From an uncultured Gemmatimonadales bacterium (GTDB lineage: Bacteria > Gemmatimonadota > Gemmatimonadetes > Longimicrobiales > Longimicrobiaceae): a stretch of DNA of 64,000 bases. Under the pieces are notes generated by a model, which saw only the letters and a program-made list of their open reading frames with translations, was not told the DNA's origin and did not search any database. Below are positions 17,099 to 29,564 of this stretch, piece by piece. Location of the stretch: the NCBI GenBank assembly GCA_963716255.1, contig OY970303.1:1472001-1536000 (forward strand), read 5' to 3'. The translations under genes were made by a program, and so were the position numbers. Every line of letters begins with the position of its first letter. The first letter of the stretch is position 1.

Positions 17099-20000
17099 GT
17101 GACCACAGCCGATCTCCTCGCCGACCTGGCGCGGCGGGGCGTGAGGATATCCATCGAGGGCGGCGCGCTGCGCATCAGCGCGCCGCGGGAGGCCGTCACC
17201 CCGGAGCTGCGCCTGCAGGTGGCGGCGCGCCGCACCGAGATCGCCGCGCACCTGGCGGGCACGGCCCCGCCCGCGCCCCGCGACGGCCCGCTCTCGTACG
17301 GGCAGCTGCGGCTCTGGCTGCTGGAGCAGCGGGGAGGCGCCTCGGGGGTGTACAACGCGCCCATGGCGGCGCGCCTCTCGGGCGCGCTCGACGCGGCCGC
17401 GCTCGGGCGCGCCGTGGACGAGGTCGTCCGGCGCCACGGGGCGCTGCGCACCGTCTTCCCGCTGCACGGCGGCGAGCCGGTGCAGCGGGTGCTCCCCGCG
17501 CGGGCGGGCGCGCTCCGCGCGGTCGACCTGGCCGCCCTCCCGGCCATGGCCGGGGAAGCGGAGGCCGCGCGCATCCTGGCCGGCTCCGCCGCGACCCTCT
17601 TCGACCTGGAGCGCGGGCCGCTCTTCCGCGCCCGCCTGCTGCGGCTGCACCCGGGCGAGCACGTGCTCCTCCTGGAGATGCACCATGCCGTCGTCGACGG
17701 CTGGTCGGTCGGCGTGGTCTTCCGCGAGCTGGGGACGCTGTACGGCGCCTTCCTCCGCGGCGAGCCGTCGCCGCTGCCCGAGCCCCCGCTGCGCTACGCG
17801 GACTACGCCGCGCGGCAGCGCGAGCAGCTGCGGGGCGAGACCCTGGAGCGCCTGCTCGCCTGGTGGACCCGGCGCCTGGCCGGCGCCCCCCCGGCGCTCG
17901 ACCTCCCCACGGACCGTCCACGGCCCCCCGTGCAGAGCTTCCGCGGCGCCCGGCACGGCCTGGTGCTCGACCCCGCTCTCGCCGGACGGCTGCGGGCCCT
18001 CGCCCGCGAGCGGGGCGCGACCCCCTTCATGGTGCTGCTGGCCGCCTTCCACGTCCTGCTGGCGCGCTACACGGGCGAGGACGACCTGGTCGTGGGCACC
18101 CCCGTGGCCGGACGGACCCGCCCCGAGCTGGAGGGAATGGTCGGCTTCTTCGTCAACACCGTGGCGCTGCGGGTCGACGGCTCCGGCGACCCCGTCTTCG
18201 GCGAGCTGCTGGGGCGCGTGCGCGAGGCCACGCTGGGCGCCTGGGAGCACCAGGACCTCCCCTTCGACCGCCTGGTGGAGGCCCTGAACACCCCGCGCGA
18301 CCCCGCCCGAAACCCCGTGTTCCAGGTCATGTTCGCGCTCCAGGACGCCCCGCACGGCGCGCTCGCCCTTCCCGGCGTGCACGCCCGCCCCGTGGACATC
18401 CCCATCCGCACCGCCAAGCTCGACCTCACCTGGGCGGTGCTGGACCGGGGGGCGGAGCTGCTCGTGACCGCGGAGTACGCGGCCGACCTGTTCGAGGGCG
18501 ACACCATCCGGCGCATGATCGGGCACTTCCACACGCTGCTGGAAGCCGCGGTCACCGCCCCGGAGCTGCGCCTTTCCGGTCTGCCGCTGATGGGGCCCGC
18601 CGAGCGGGCGCAGGTGATGGAGTGGAGCACCGCCGCCCCGGAGCGCTCCCCGGCGCCCGTGCACCTGCGCGTGGCCGAGCAGGCCGCGCGCGCCCCCGAC
18701 GCCGTCGCGATCGAGGCCGGCGGCGAGCGGCTGACCTATGCGCGGCTCCGGGACCGCGCCGGCGACCTCGCGCTGCGGCTCCGCGCGCTCGGGGCCGGGC
18801 CGGAAAGCCGCGTCGGCATCTGCCTGGAGCGCTCTGCGGAGATGGTGGTGGCCCTGCTCGCCGTGCTGGAGACCGGCGCCGCGTACGTCCCCCTGGACCC
18901 GGAGTACCCCGCGGAGCGCCTGGCCCACATGCTCGCGGACTCGGGCGCGGCGGTCCTGCTGACCCGCGCGTCCCTGCTCGCCGTGCTGCCGGCATTCGGC
19001 GGCGAGACCGTGCTGGTGGCCCCCTCTCCCCCCGGCCCCCTCTCCCCCGCAAGCGGGAGAAAGAGGAAGAACGACGACACCACGTCAGAAGGCGAAGATC
19101 TGGAGGGCCAGGAAGCCCTCCCCCAGGATTGGGGGAGGGTGGCGAGCGTGAGCGAGCCGGGTGGGGGCGATCCCGCGGGCGCCAGCGGGATTCCAATCGA
19201 CCCCGAAAACCTCGCCTACGTCCTCTACACCTCCGGCTCCACCGGCACCCCCAAGGGCGTCGCCGTGCAGCACGGCGCGCTCGCCAGCCAGGTGGACTGG
19301 ATGCTGCGCGCCTTCCCGCTCTCCGCGGCGGACCGCGTCCTCCAGAAGACCCCCTTCAGCTTCGACGCCTCGGTGTGGGAGTTCTGGGCGACGCTCGCCG
19401 CCGGCGCGACGCTGGTGATGGCCGGGCCGGGGGCGCACCGCGAGCCCGCCCGGATGGCGCGCGCGCTCGCCGCCGAGGCGATCACCGTCGCGCAGTTCGT
19501 CCCCTCGCTGCTCGCGGCGCTGCTGGACGAGGACGTGGCCGGGTGCGCCGCGCTCCGCCGCGTCTTCTGCGGCGGAGAAGCGCTGCCGGCGGGGCTCGCG
19601 GCCCGGGCGCGGGCGGCGCTGGGGGCGGAGGTGGTGAACCTGTACGGGCCCACCGAGACCTGCATCAACGCGGCCGCGCACACCTTCGGGGGCGAGCAGC
19701 GCCCCACCGTCCCCATCGGGCGGCCGGTGGACGGGGTGCGGGCGTACCTGCTCGGGGGAGATGGAGATCCGGTCCCGGCCGGCGTGCCGGGCGAGCTGTA
19801 CCTGGGCGGCGTGCAGGTGGCGCGCGGCTACCTGGGGAGGCCGGGGCCCACGGCCGCTGCGTTCGTCCCGGACGGTCTTTCCGGGGAGGCGGGTGCGCGG
19901 CTGTACCGCACCGGCGACCGCGCGCGCTGGCTCGCGGGCGGCGTGCTGGAGTTCCTCGGCCGCGCGGACGGACAGGTGAAGCTGCGCGGCTTCCGCATCG

Positions 20001-23000
20001 AGACCGGGGAGGTGGAGGCCGCGCTGCTCGCGCACCCGGAGGTGCGCGCCGCCGCGGCCGCGGTGCGCGGGGACGGGCCCGGCGGCGGACGCCTGGTCGC
20101 CTACGTCGTGCCCGGCGGCGGGTCGCCCCCCGCCCCCGACGACCTGCGCGCATGGCTGGGCCTGCGGCTGCCCGAGGCCTCCCTCCCCTCGGCGTTCGTC
20201 TTCCTGGACGCGCTTCCGCTCACCCCGGCCGGCAAGCTCCACCGCGCCGCCCTCCCCCCGCCCGCGGGCATCGCGGACGAGGCGGGCCGTCCCCACGCGC
20301 CTCCCCGCACCCCGGTGGAGGAGGTGCTGGCGGGGCTCTGGAGCGACGTGCTGGGGGTGGACCGCGTGGGCGTACGCGACAGCTTCTTCGAGCTGGGCGG
20401 GCACTCGCTCCTCGCCGCCCGCGTCGCGGCGCGGGTCCGCGGCGCCTTCGGCATCGACCTCCCCCTGCGGGCGATCTTCGAGGCGCCCACCGTCGCCGGG
20501 CTCGCCCTCCGCGTGGAGGAGGCCCTGCGAAACGGGGACGGCGCGGCGCCGCCGCCGGTCCTCCCCGCCGTCCGCGAGGGCCCGCTCCCGCTCTCCTTCG
20601 CGCAGCGGCAGCTCTGGGTGGTGGAGCGGATGGGCGGGGCGGAGGGCGTCTACGACGTGCCGCTGGCGCTGCGGCTCGCGGGGCCGCTGGAGCCGGCGGC
20701 GCTCGGGCGCGCGCTCCGCGAGATCGTCCGCCGGCACGAAGCGCTGCGCACCGTCTTTCCCGCCGCGCCGGGCGGGGAGCCCGTGCAGGTGGTCCTCCCC
20801 CCCGCGTCCCGCGCCCTGGCCGTGGCCGACCTCGCCGCGCTCCCGGCCGCGGCGCGGGAGGCGGAGGCCGCGCGGCTGGTGGCCGGCGCGGCGCGAGCCC
20901 CCTTCCACCTGGAGCGCGGGCCGCTCTTCCGCGCCCGCCTGCTGCGGCTGGACCCGGGCGAGCACGTTCTCCTCCTGGAGATGCACCACGTCGTCACCGA
21001 CGAGTGGTCGCAGGGGGTGATGCTACGTGAGCTGGGAGCGCTGTACGGCGCCTTCCTGCGCGGCGAGCCGTCGCCGCTCCCCGAGCCGCGGCTCCGGTAC
21101 GCGGACTACGCCGCCTGGCAGCGCGAGCAGCTGCGGGGCGAGACCCTGGAGCGCCTGCTCGCCTGGTGGACCCGGCGCCTGGCCGGCGCCCCCCCGGCGC
21201 TCGACCTCCCCGCGGACCGCCCACGCCCCGCCGCGCAGAGCTTCCGCGGAGCCCGGCACGACCGGGTGCTCGACCCCGCCCTCGCGCGGCGGCTGCGGGC
21301 CCTCGCCCGCGAGCGGGGCGCGACCCCCTTCATGGTGCTGCTGGCCGCCTTCCACGTCCTGCTGGCGCGCTACACGGGCGAGGACGACCTGGTCGTGGGC
21401 ACCCCCGTGGCCGGACGGACCCGCCCCGAGCTGGAGGGAATGGTCGGCTTCTTCGTCAACACCGTGGCGCTGCGGGTCGACGGCTCCGGCGACCCCGTAT
21501 TCGGCGAGCTGCTGGGGCGCGTGCGCGAGGCCACGCTGGGCGCCTGGGAGCACCAGGACCTCCCCTTCGACCGCCTGGTGGAGGCCCTGGACACCCCGCG
21601 CGACCCCGCCCGCAACCCCGTGTTCCAGGTCGCCGTCTCGTACCACGCCCCGGCTCCCCCGCCGGAGCTCGCCGGGCTGGACGTGCGCCCCCTGCCCCAC
21701 CGGACCACCACCGCCAAGTTCGACCTGTCTCTGCACCTGGCCGACGACGGCGGCGGGATCCGGTGCGCGTGGGAGTACGCCCGCGACCTGTTCGACGCCG
21801 CGACGGTCGCCCGCATGGCGGAGCACCTGGCCGCGCTGCTCGGGGGCGCGGCCGCGGATCCCGACCGCCGCGTCTCGACCCTCCCGCTGCTCACCGACGC
21901 GGAGCGCCGCGAGTGGGAAGCGCTGCGGCGGGAATCGCTTCCCCGCTTTCCCGCGGAGCGCTGCATCCACGAGCTCGTCGCCGAGCAGGCGGCGCTGCGC
22001 CCCCACGCGGTCGCCGTGGTCCACGAAGGGGCGGGGCTCACCTACGGCGCGCTGGAGGCGCGGGCCAACCAGCTGGCCCACCACCTGCGCGCCCTCGGCG
22101 CGGGACCGGGGAGCCGTGTCGGCGTGTGCCTGGAGCGCTCCGCCGAGCTGGTAGTGGCGATCCTCGCGGTGCTCAAGGCCGGCGCGGCCTACGTGCCGCT
22201 GGACCCCGGCCACCCCGCCGGACGGCTGGCGCTGGCGCTCCGGGACACCGGCGCGGCCGCGCTGGTGACCTCGGCCCCGCTGCTGGCGCTCCTCCCGGAT
22301 CCCGAGCCAGGGGACGACGGGACGGCCCTCCCGACGATCGCCGTGGACCGCGACGCCGCCGCGCTGGCGAGCCGCCCCCGGACGCCCCCGGCGCGCGGGG
22401 CCGGGCCCGGCCACCCGGCGTACGTCGTGTACACCTCCGGCTCAACCGGCACCCCGAAGGGCGTGGTGGTGTCGCACGCCTGCGTGGTCCGCCTCTTCGC
22501 GGCCACCGGGCCCTGGTTCCGCTTCGCCGCGGACGACGTGTGGACGCTGTTCCACTCGTGCGCGTTCGACTTCTCGGTGTGGGAGATGTGGGGCGCGCTC
22601 CTCCACGGCGGCCGCCTGGTCGTGGTCCCCCTCTGGGTCGCGCGGTCGCCGGACGCCTTCCACGCGCTGGTGGCGCGCGAGGGGGTCACGGTGCTCAGCC
22701 AGACCCCCTCCGCGTTCCGCCAGTTCGTCCGCGCCGACGAGGAGGCGCCCGCGGACGCCGGGCTCGCGCTGCGCCGGGTGGTCTTCGGCGGGGAGGCGCT
22801 GGACGCGCCGAGCGTGCGGCGCTGGCTCGCGCGGCACGGCGACGCGTCGCCGCGGCTGGTGAACATGTACGGGATCACCGAGACCACGGTTCACGTTACG
22901 TACTGCGAGCTGGACGCCCGCGTGCTCGACGCCGCGCTCCCCGGCACCACTCCCATCGGCCGGCCGCTCCCCGACCTGCGCGTCCACCTCCTGGACGCGG

Positions 23001-25168
23001 CGCTGGAGCCCGTCCCCACCGGCGTCCCGGGCGAGCTGTACGTGAGCGGCGCGGGGGTGTCCGCAGGCTACCTGGACCGGCCCGACCTGACGGCGGCGAG
23101 GTTCCTGCCCGACGCGTTCTCCGCGGAGCCCGGGGCGCGGATGTACCGGTCGGGAGACGTGGCGCGGCGCGCCGTGGACGGGTCGCTCCACTTCGTGGGC
23201 CGCGCCGATGGGCAGGTCAAGGTGCGCGGCTTCCGCATCGAGACCGGGGAGGTGGAGGCCGCGGTGCGCGCGCTCCCCGGCGTCCGCCAGGGCGTGGTCG
23301 TGCTCCGCGAGGACGCGCCGGGGGATGCGCGCCTGGTGGCGTACCTGGTGCTGGACGGGTCGGCGGAGGCCGCCGGCCCGGGGGAGCTGCGGGAGGCGCT
23401 CGCCGCGCGGCTCCCCGGCTTCATGCTCCCCGCCGCCTTCGTGGTGCTCCCGGAGCTCCCCCTCACCGCGCAGGGCAAGCTGGACCGGCGCGCCCTCCCC
23501 GCGCCGGACGGCGAGCGGCTGCTGCGCCCCGCCTACGAGCCGCCCCGCTCCGCCCTGGAGACGCGGCTCGCGGAGGCGTGGCGGGCGGCGCTGGGGGTGG
23601 GCCGGGTGGGCGTGCACGACGACTTCTTCGCGCTGGGCGGCGACTCGCTCCGCGCCGTGCAGGTGGTGTCCGCCCTCCGCGGGCGCGGGGTGGAGGCTTC
23701 CGTCCGCGACCTGTTCCTGCAGCCAACGGTGCGCGGGCTGGCGCGGCGCCTGGTCGCCGCGGAGTCGACGGGGGACGCCACGGCCGCGGCGGTCCCGCTC
23801 CACCTGGCGGAAGTGCCGGAGGACGAGCGCGCCCGCGTGCGGGCCGCCTTCGGTGGGAGCGTGGAGGACGTCTATCCGGCCAGCCGGATGCAGGCGCTCA
23901 TGGTCGACGAATACGCCCGGGACACGGCGCGCCGGGGCGTCTACCACGCGCAGCAGCGCTTCCGCCTCGCGGACCCGGCCCTCGCGGTGGACGCGCTCCG
24001 GAGCGCGGTCAGGCGGCTGGTCCGGCGGCATCACACGTTCCGCACCGCCTTCGCCCGCGGCGCCGGGGGCCGCCTGCTTCAGGTGGTGCGCCCCGGGCTG
24101 CGGGTGCCGCTCGCGGAGGTCGACCTCCGCGCGCTCCCGCCCGCCGCCCAGGATCGCGCGATCGTGGCGCACGTAGCCCGCGACCTGGACTCGCCCTTTC
24201 ACCCGGAGGCGCCCGGCGAGCCCCTGGTGCGGCTCGCGCTCTTCCGCCGCGCCGACGGCATGGCGGAGCTGTTCATCTCGCAGCACCACGCCGTCGAGGA
24301 CGGGTGGGGCAACGTCCACTTCCTGGGCCGGCTCTTCGCCGCGTACCTCCAGGCGCGCGACGGCCTCCCCGCCCCCGGGCCCGAGCCCCCTGCCGGCGAC
24401 CCCGGCCGGGAGTTCGTCGCGCTGGAGGCGGAGGTACTGGCGGACCCGGAGGCGCGGGCCTTCTGGGCGGAGCGGACGCGCGCCCCCGCGCCCGCCTGGC
24501 CGCCGCGCCGCGCGGAGGCGGGCGGGATCCGGCGCGCCCGCGGACCGGCGCTGTCGCTCCCCCCCGCGCTGGCCGCGGCGCTCCGCGACGCCGCCACCCG
24601 GCACCGGGTCGCGCTCAAAGCCGTGTACCTGAGTCCCTTCCTGGACCTGCTGGCGGCCATGGCGGGCGGCGAGGACGCATGCGCCGGCGTGGTGTGGAAC
24701 GGGCGGTCCGAGCGGCTGTCCGATCCGCTGGAGGCGCTGGGGCTCTTCTGGAACCTGCTCCCCGTCCGCCGGCTCCCGGGCGTCCCCGACGGCGCGGAGC
24801 GGGTCCGCGCGGTCCACGCCGACCTGCTGCGGACCGACCGCTTCGGCCGGTACCCGCTGGCGGCCATCACGGAATCGCACGGCGGCCGCGAGCCGTTCTT
24901 CGCGACCTTCAACTTCCTCCACTTCCACCACCTGGCGCTACCGGCCGGGGAGCGCGGCCTGCGCGTGGAAACGGTGGAAACGCTCGACCGCTTCCACCTG
25001 CCGCTCAGCCTGGCCGTCGGCATCGCCCCTCGCGGCGACGGCGCCGCGCTGCGCGTTGAATTCGACGACCGCTGGTTCACCCCGGGAAACGCCGCCGCCG
25101 CGCTTGACGACTACGCCCGGCGCCTCACCCGGCTCGCGGCCGACACTGCCACGAGCCAGGAGGCTTGA
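17099..25168 (+). CDS. Non-ribosomal peptide synthetase: TubC_N docking-C-A(Gln-like)-PCP-C-A(Thr-like)-PCP-C
   Basis: GTG at 17099; LLADLARRGVRISIEGGALRISAP docking segment; C motifs HHAVVDG, HHVVTDE, HHAVEDG; YTSGSTGTPKG twice; PCP motifs GGHS and GGDS; hand-read codes DAWQFGLIN and DFWSVGMVH. Confidence 0.92.
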   Translation: MTTADLLADLARRGVRISIEGGALRISAPREAVTPELRLQVAARRTEIAAHLAGTAPPAPRDGPLSYGQLRLWLLEQRGGASGVYNAPMAARLSGALDAAALGRAVDEVVRRHGALRTVFPLHGGEPVQRVLPARAGALRAVDLAALPAMAGEAEAARILAGSAATLFDLERGPLFRARLLRLHPGEHVLLLEMHHAVVDGWSVGVVFRELGTLYGAFLRGEPSPLPEPPLRYADYAARQREQLRGETLERLLAWWTRRLAGAPPALDLPTDRPRPPVQSFRGARHGLVLDPALAGRLRALARERGATPFMVLLAAFHVLLARYTGEDDLVVGTPVAGRTRPELEGMVGFFVNTVALRVDGSGDPVFGELLGRVREATLGAWEHQDLPFDRLVEALNTPRDPARNPVFQVMFALQDAPHGALALPGVHARPVDIPIRTAKLDLTWAVLDRGAELLVTAEYAADLFEGDTIRRMIGHFHTLLEAAVTAPELRLSGLPLMGPAERAQVMEWSTAAPERSPAPVHLRVAEQAARAPDAVAIEAGGERLTYARLRDRAGDLALRLRALGAGPESRVGICLERSAEMVVALLAVLETGAAYVPLDPEYPAERLAHMLADSGAAVLLTRASLLAVLPAFGGETVLVAPSPPGPLSPASGRKRKNDDTTSEGEDLEGQEALPQDWGRVASVSEPGGGDPAGASGIPIDPENLAYVLYTSGSTGTPKGVAVQHGALASQVDWMLRAFPLSAADRVLQKTPFSFDASVWEFWATLAAGATLVMAGPGAHREPARMARALAAEAITVAQFVPSLLAALLDEDVAGCAALRRVFCGGEALPAGLAARARAALGAEVVNLYGPTETCINAAAHTFGGEQRPTVPIGRPVDGVRAYLLGGDGDPVPAGVPGELYLGGVQVARGYLGRPGPTAAAFVPDGLSGEAGARLYRTGDRARWLAGGVLEFLGRADGQVKLRGFRIETGEVEAALLAHPEVRAAAAAVRGDGPGGGRLVAYVVPGGGSPPAPDDLRAWLGLRLPEASLPSAFVFLDALPLTPAGKLHRAALPPPAGIADEAGRPHAPPRTPVEEVLAGLWSDVLGVDRVGVRDSFFELGGHSLLAARVAARVRGAFGIDLPLRAIFEAPTVAGLALRVEEALRNGDGAAPPPVLPAVREGPLPLSFAQRQLWVVERMGGAEGVYDVPLALRLAGPLEPAALGRALREIVRRHEALRTVFPAAPGGEPVQVVLPPASRALAVADLAALPAAAREAEAARLVAGAARAPFHLERGPLFRARLLRLDPGEHVLLLEMHHVVTDEWSQGVMLRELGALYGAFLRGEPSPLPEPRLRYADYAAWQREQLRGETLERLLAWWTRRLAGAPPALDLPADRPRPAAQSFRGARHDRVLDPALARRLRALARERGATPFMVLLAAFHVLLARYTGEDDLVVGTPVAGRTRPELEGMVGFFVNTVALRVDGSGDPVFGELLGRVREATLGAWEHQDLPFDRLVEALDTPRDPARNPVFQVAVSYHAPAPPPELAGLDVRPLPHRTTTAKFDLSLHLADDGGGIRCAWEYARDLFDAATVARMAEHLAALLGGAAADPDRRVSTLPLLTDAERREWEALRRESLPRFPAERCIHELVAEQAALRPHAVAVVHEGAGLTYGALEARANQLAHHLRALGAGPGSRVGVCLERSAELVVAILAVLKAGAAYVPLDPGHPAGRLALALRDTGAAALVTSAPLLALLPDPEPGDDGTALPTIAVDRDAAALASRPRTPPARGAGPGHPAYVVYTSGSTGTPKGVVVSHACVVRLFAATGPWFRFAADDVWTLFHSCAFDFSVWEMWGALLHGGRLVVVPLWVARSPDAFHALVAREGVTVLSQTPSAFRQFVRADEEAPADAGLALRRVVFGGEALDAPSVRRWLARHGDASPRLVNMYGITETTVHVTYCELDARVLDAALPGTTPIGRPLPDLRVHLLDAALEPVPTGVPGELYVSGAGVSAGYLDRPDLTAARFLPDAFSAEPGARMYRSGDVARRAVDGSLHFVGRADGQVKVRGFRIETGEVEAAVRALPGVRQGVVVLREDAPGDARLVAYLVLDGSAEAAGPGELREALAARLPGFMLPAAFVVLPELPLTAQGKLDRRALPAPDGERLLRPAYEPPRSALETRLAEAWRAALGVGRVGVHDDFFALGGDSLRAVQVVSALRGRGVEASVRDLFLQPTVRGLARRLVAAESTGDATAAAVPLHLAEVPEDERARVRAAFGGSVEDVYPASRMQALMVDEYARDTARRGVYHAQQRFRLADPALAVDALRSAVRRLVRRHHTFRTAFARGAGGRLLQVVRPGLRVPLAEVDLRALPPAAQDRAIVAHVARDLDSPFHPEAPGEPLVRLALFRRADGMAELFISQHHAVEDGWGNVHFLGRLFAAYLQARDGLPAPGPEPPAGDPGREFVALEAEVLADPEARAFWAERTRAPAPAWPPRRAEAGGIRRARGPALSLPPALAAALRDAATRHRVALKAVYLSPFLDLLAAMAGGEDACAGVVWNGRSERLSDPLEALGLFWNLLPVRRLPGVPDGAERVRAVHADLLRTDRFGRYPLAAITESHGGREPFFATFNFLHFHHLALPAGERGLRVETVETLDRFHLPLSLAVGIAPRGDGAALRVEFDDRWFTPGNAAAALDDYARRLTRLAADTATSQEA
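19021..19168 (+). repeat. Palindromic repeat family C copy inside the NRPS reading frame
   Basis: cccctctccccccggccccctctcccccgcaagcgggaga...ggaagccctcccccaggattgggggagggtggcgagc matches intergenic 2916-3021. Confidence 0.88.
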
Positions 25169-25200
25169 CATCCGTCCACCTGGAACTCAATTTGGTTCCA
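25165..25200 (+). promoter_or_regulatory. Probable promoter/operator of the toxin-antitoxin pair
   Basis: TTGACA at 25165-25170 overlapping the NRPS stop; inverted repeat TGGAAC-N8-GTTCCA at 25181-25200; the -10 is weak. Confidence 0.5.
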
Positions 25201-25221
25201 CCTGAACAACGGAGGGGATGG

Positions 25222-25653
25222 ATGGTCGACGCGCGAGACGTGTACCGAATCCTGGGCGGTGAAAAGGCGGTGGGCCGCCCGGTCCGCACCGTCCGCGAGC
25301 TGCGGCACGCCGTCGACGACGGCTTCCCCGTAGAGGCGCTGGAGTCCGCCGCCCGCTACGTGGCGGGCGACGAGCGCGGCGCCGCCGAGATCCGCTACGG
25401 CATCGTCCCCAAGACGACGCTGCACCGCCGCGAGCGGCTCACCGCCGAGGAGAGCCAGCGCCTGGAGCGCCTGGCGCGGGTCACCGCCCTCGCCGAGCAG
25501 GTGTGGGAGGACCGCGAGCTCGCCCACGAGTTCCTGCTCTCTCCTCAGCCGCAGCTGGAGGGCGAGCGTCCCATCGACCTGGCGCGCACGGACCTGGGCG
25601 CCCGCGAGGTGGAGGCGCTTCTCTTCGCCATCGAGTACTCGCTCCCCGCCTGA
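25222..25653 (+). CDS. Xre/MbcA/ParS-type antitoxin
   Basis: GGAGG upstream; TLHRRERLTAEESQRLERLARV..AEQVW, PQPQLEGERPIDL; directly upstream of a RES gene. Confidence 0.88.
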   Translation: MVDARDVYRILGGEKAVGRPVRTVRELRHAVDDGFPVEALESAARYVAGDERGAAEIRYGIVPKTTLHRRERLTAEESQRLERLARVTALAEQVWEDRELAHEFLLSPQPQLEGERPIDLARTDLGAREVEALLFAIEYSLPA

Positions 25654-25656
25654 CGG

Positions 25657-26106
25657 ATGCTGGCCTGGCGGGTCTGCAAGTCCCGGTTCGCCCCCTTCGA
25701 CGGCACCGGCGCCATGCTGCACGGCGCCCGCTGGAGCTCCCCCGGGCACCCCGTCGTCTACGCCGCCGACTCGCTGGCCGGCGCGATCCTGGAGATCCTG
25801 GCCCACGCCCTCCGCCCCCGCACCCTCCCCGGCCCGCACCACGCCGTCCGCATCGACGTCCCCGACGCGCTGGTGGAAACGCTCGACCCCGGAGCCCTCC
25901 CCGGCTGGGACGCCAAAGGCTCGCCCGAGGCGCTCACCTTCGGCGACCGCTGGCTGGAGGAGGCCCGCAGCGCCGCCCTGCGCGTCCCCGCCCTCCCCTG
26001 CCGCCCCGCCGGCCGCAACCTGCTGATCAACCCCGCCCACCCGGACGCGGCCCGGATCACCGTGTCGGAACCGTTCGCGGTGCCCTGGGACGAGCGGCTC
26101 TTCTGA
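25657..26106 (+). CDS. RES-domain toxin (NAD+ phosphorylase family)
   Basis: AWRV, FDGTGA..GARWS, VVYAADSLAGAILE, NLLINPAHPD, WDERLF. Confidence 0.88.
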   Translation: MLAWRVCKSRFAPFDGTGAMLHGARWSSPGHPVVYAADSLAGAILEILAHALRPRTLPGPHHAVRIDVPDALVETLDPGALPGWDAKGSPEALTFGDRWLEEARSAALRVPALPCRPAGRNLLINPAHPDAARITVSEPFAVPWDERLF

Positions 26107-26204
26107 GCGCGGCGCGCGGCCCGGCGTGGACGCACGACGCCCCGCCGGGCATGGACCCGGCGGGGCGTCTGGAACCCCCTCCCGCGGACGCCAGCGCGAA
26201 CCCC

Positions 26205-26339
26205 GCGAGAGGGATTTCGGCCCGAAAGGGCGAGACCCGGCGGCTGTTTGCCGGGGCTCGACTCCGTTACGCACCGTTGTTTGCTGCGTTACGGAGCCGA
26301 AGCCCGACCCCGGCGCCAGCCGGGGGCACGCCCAAACCC
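26205..26339 (-). repeat. Structured repeat family A, copy 4
   Basis: Matches the family consensus; begins 11 nt downstream of the gcvP stop. Confidence 0.93.
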
Positions 26340-26350
26340 GATGTTGAAAA

Positions 26351-29233
<2,883 letters not shown>

Positions 29234-29312
29234 GCGAGGTCGCTGGAATTGCGCAGACCGCGGGACGGGCTCCGCCCCGCGGAGGGGTGACGTCGTGCCG
29301 GAAAGCGCCGCA

Positions 29313-29341
29313 AACTTACCGAAGCGGCCGCCGGTTGGCAA
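29313..29341 (-). promoter_or_regulatory. Putative sigma70 promoter for gcvP
   Basis: Minus strand TTGCCA-N17-TAAGTT about 80 nt upstream of the ATG. Confidence 0.45.
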
Positions 29342-29474
29342 ACTGCACAGAATGCTACACCCCAGGTCAAGGGGCATCCCCTTCCGCAGCCCATAAGACA
29401 ATCTTCCGCAGGTATTTACCGGCATTCCTCCACCATGGCCCGGGGATCCCCGGCGGCGCGGGCTCACGGAAACG

Positions 29475-29503
29475 TTGACGCCGCGCGGGTGAGAAATTAC
29501 TGT
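29475..29503 (+). promoter_or_regulatory. Putative sigma70 promoter for the small peptide ORF
   Basis: TTGACG-N17-TACTGT. Confidence 0.55.
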
Positions 29504-29564
29504 CGGGTAGTACGCTGTAGCGGCGACCGCCGCGCACCACCTCACCCTTGGTCCGGGAGACACC

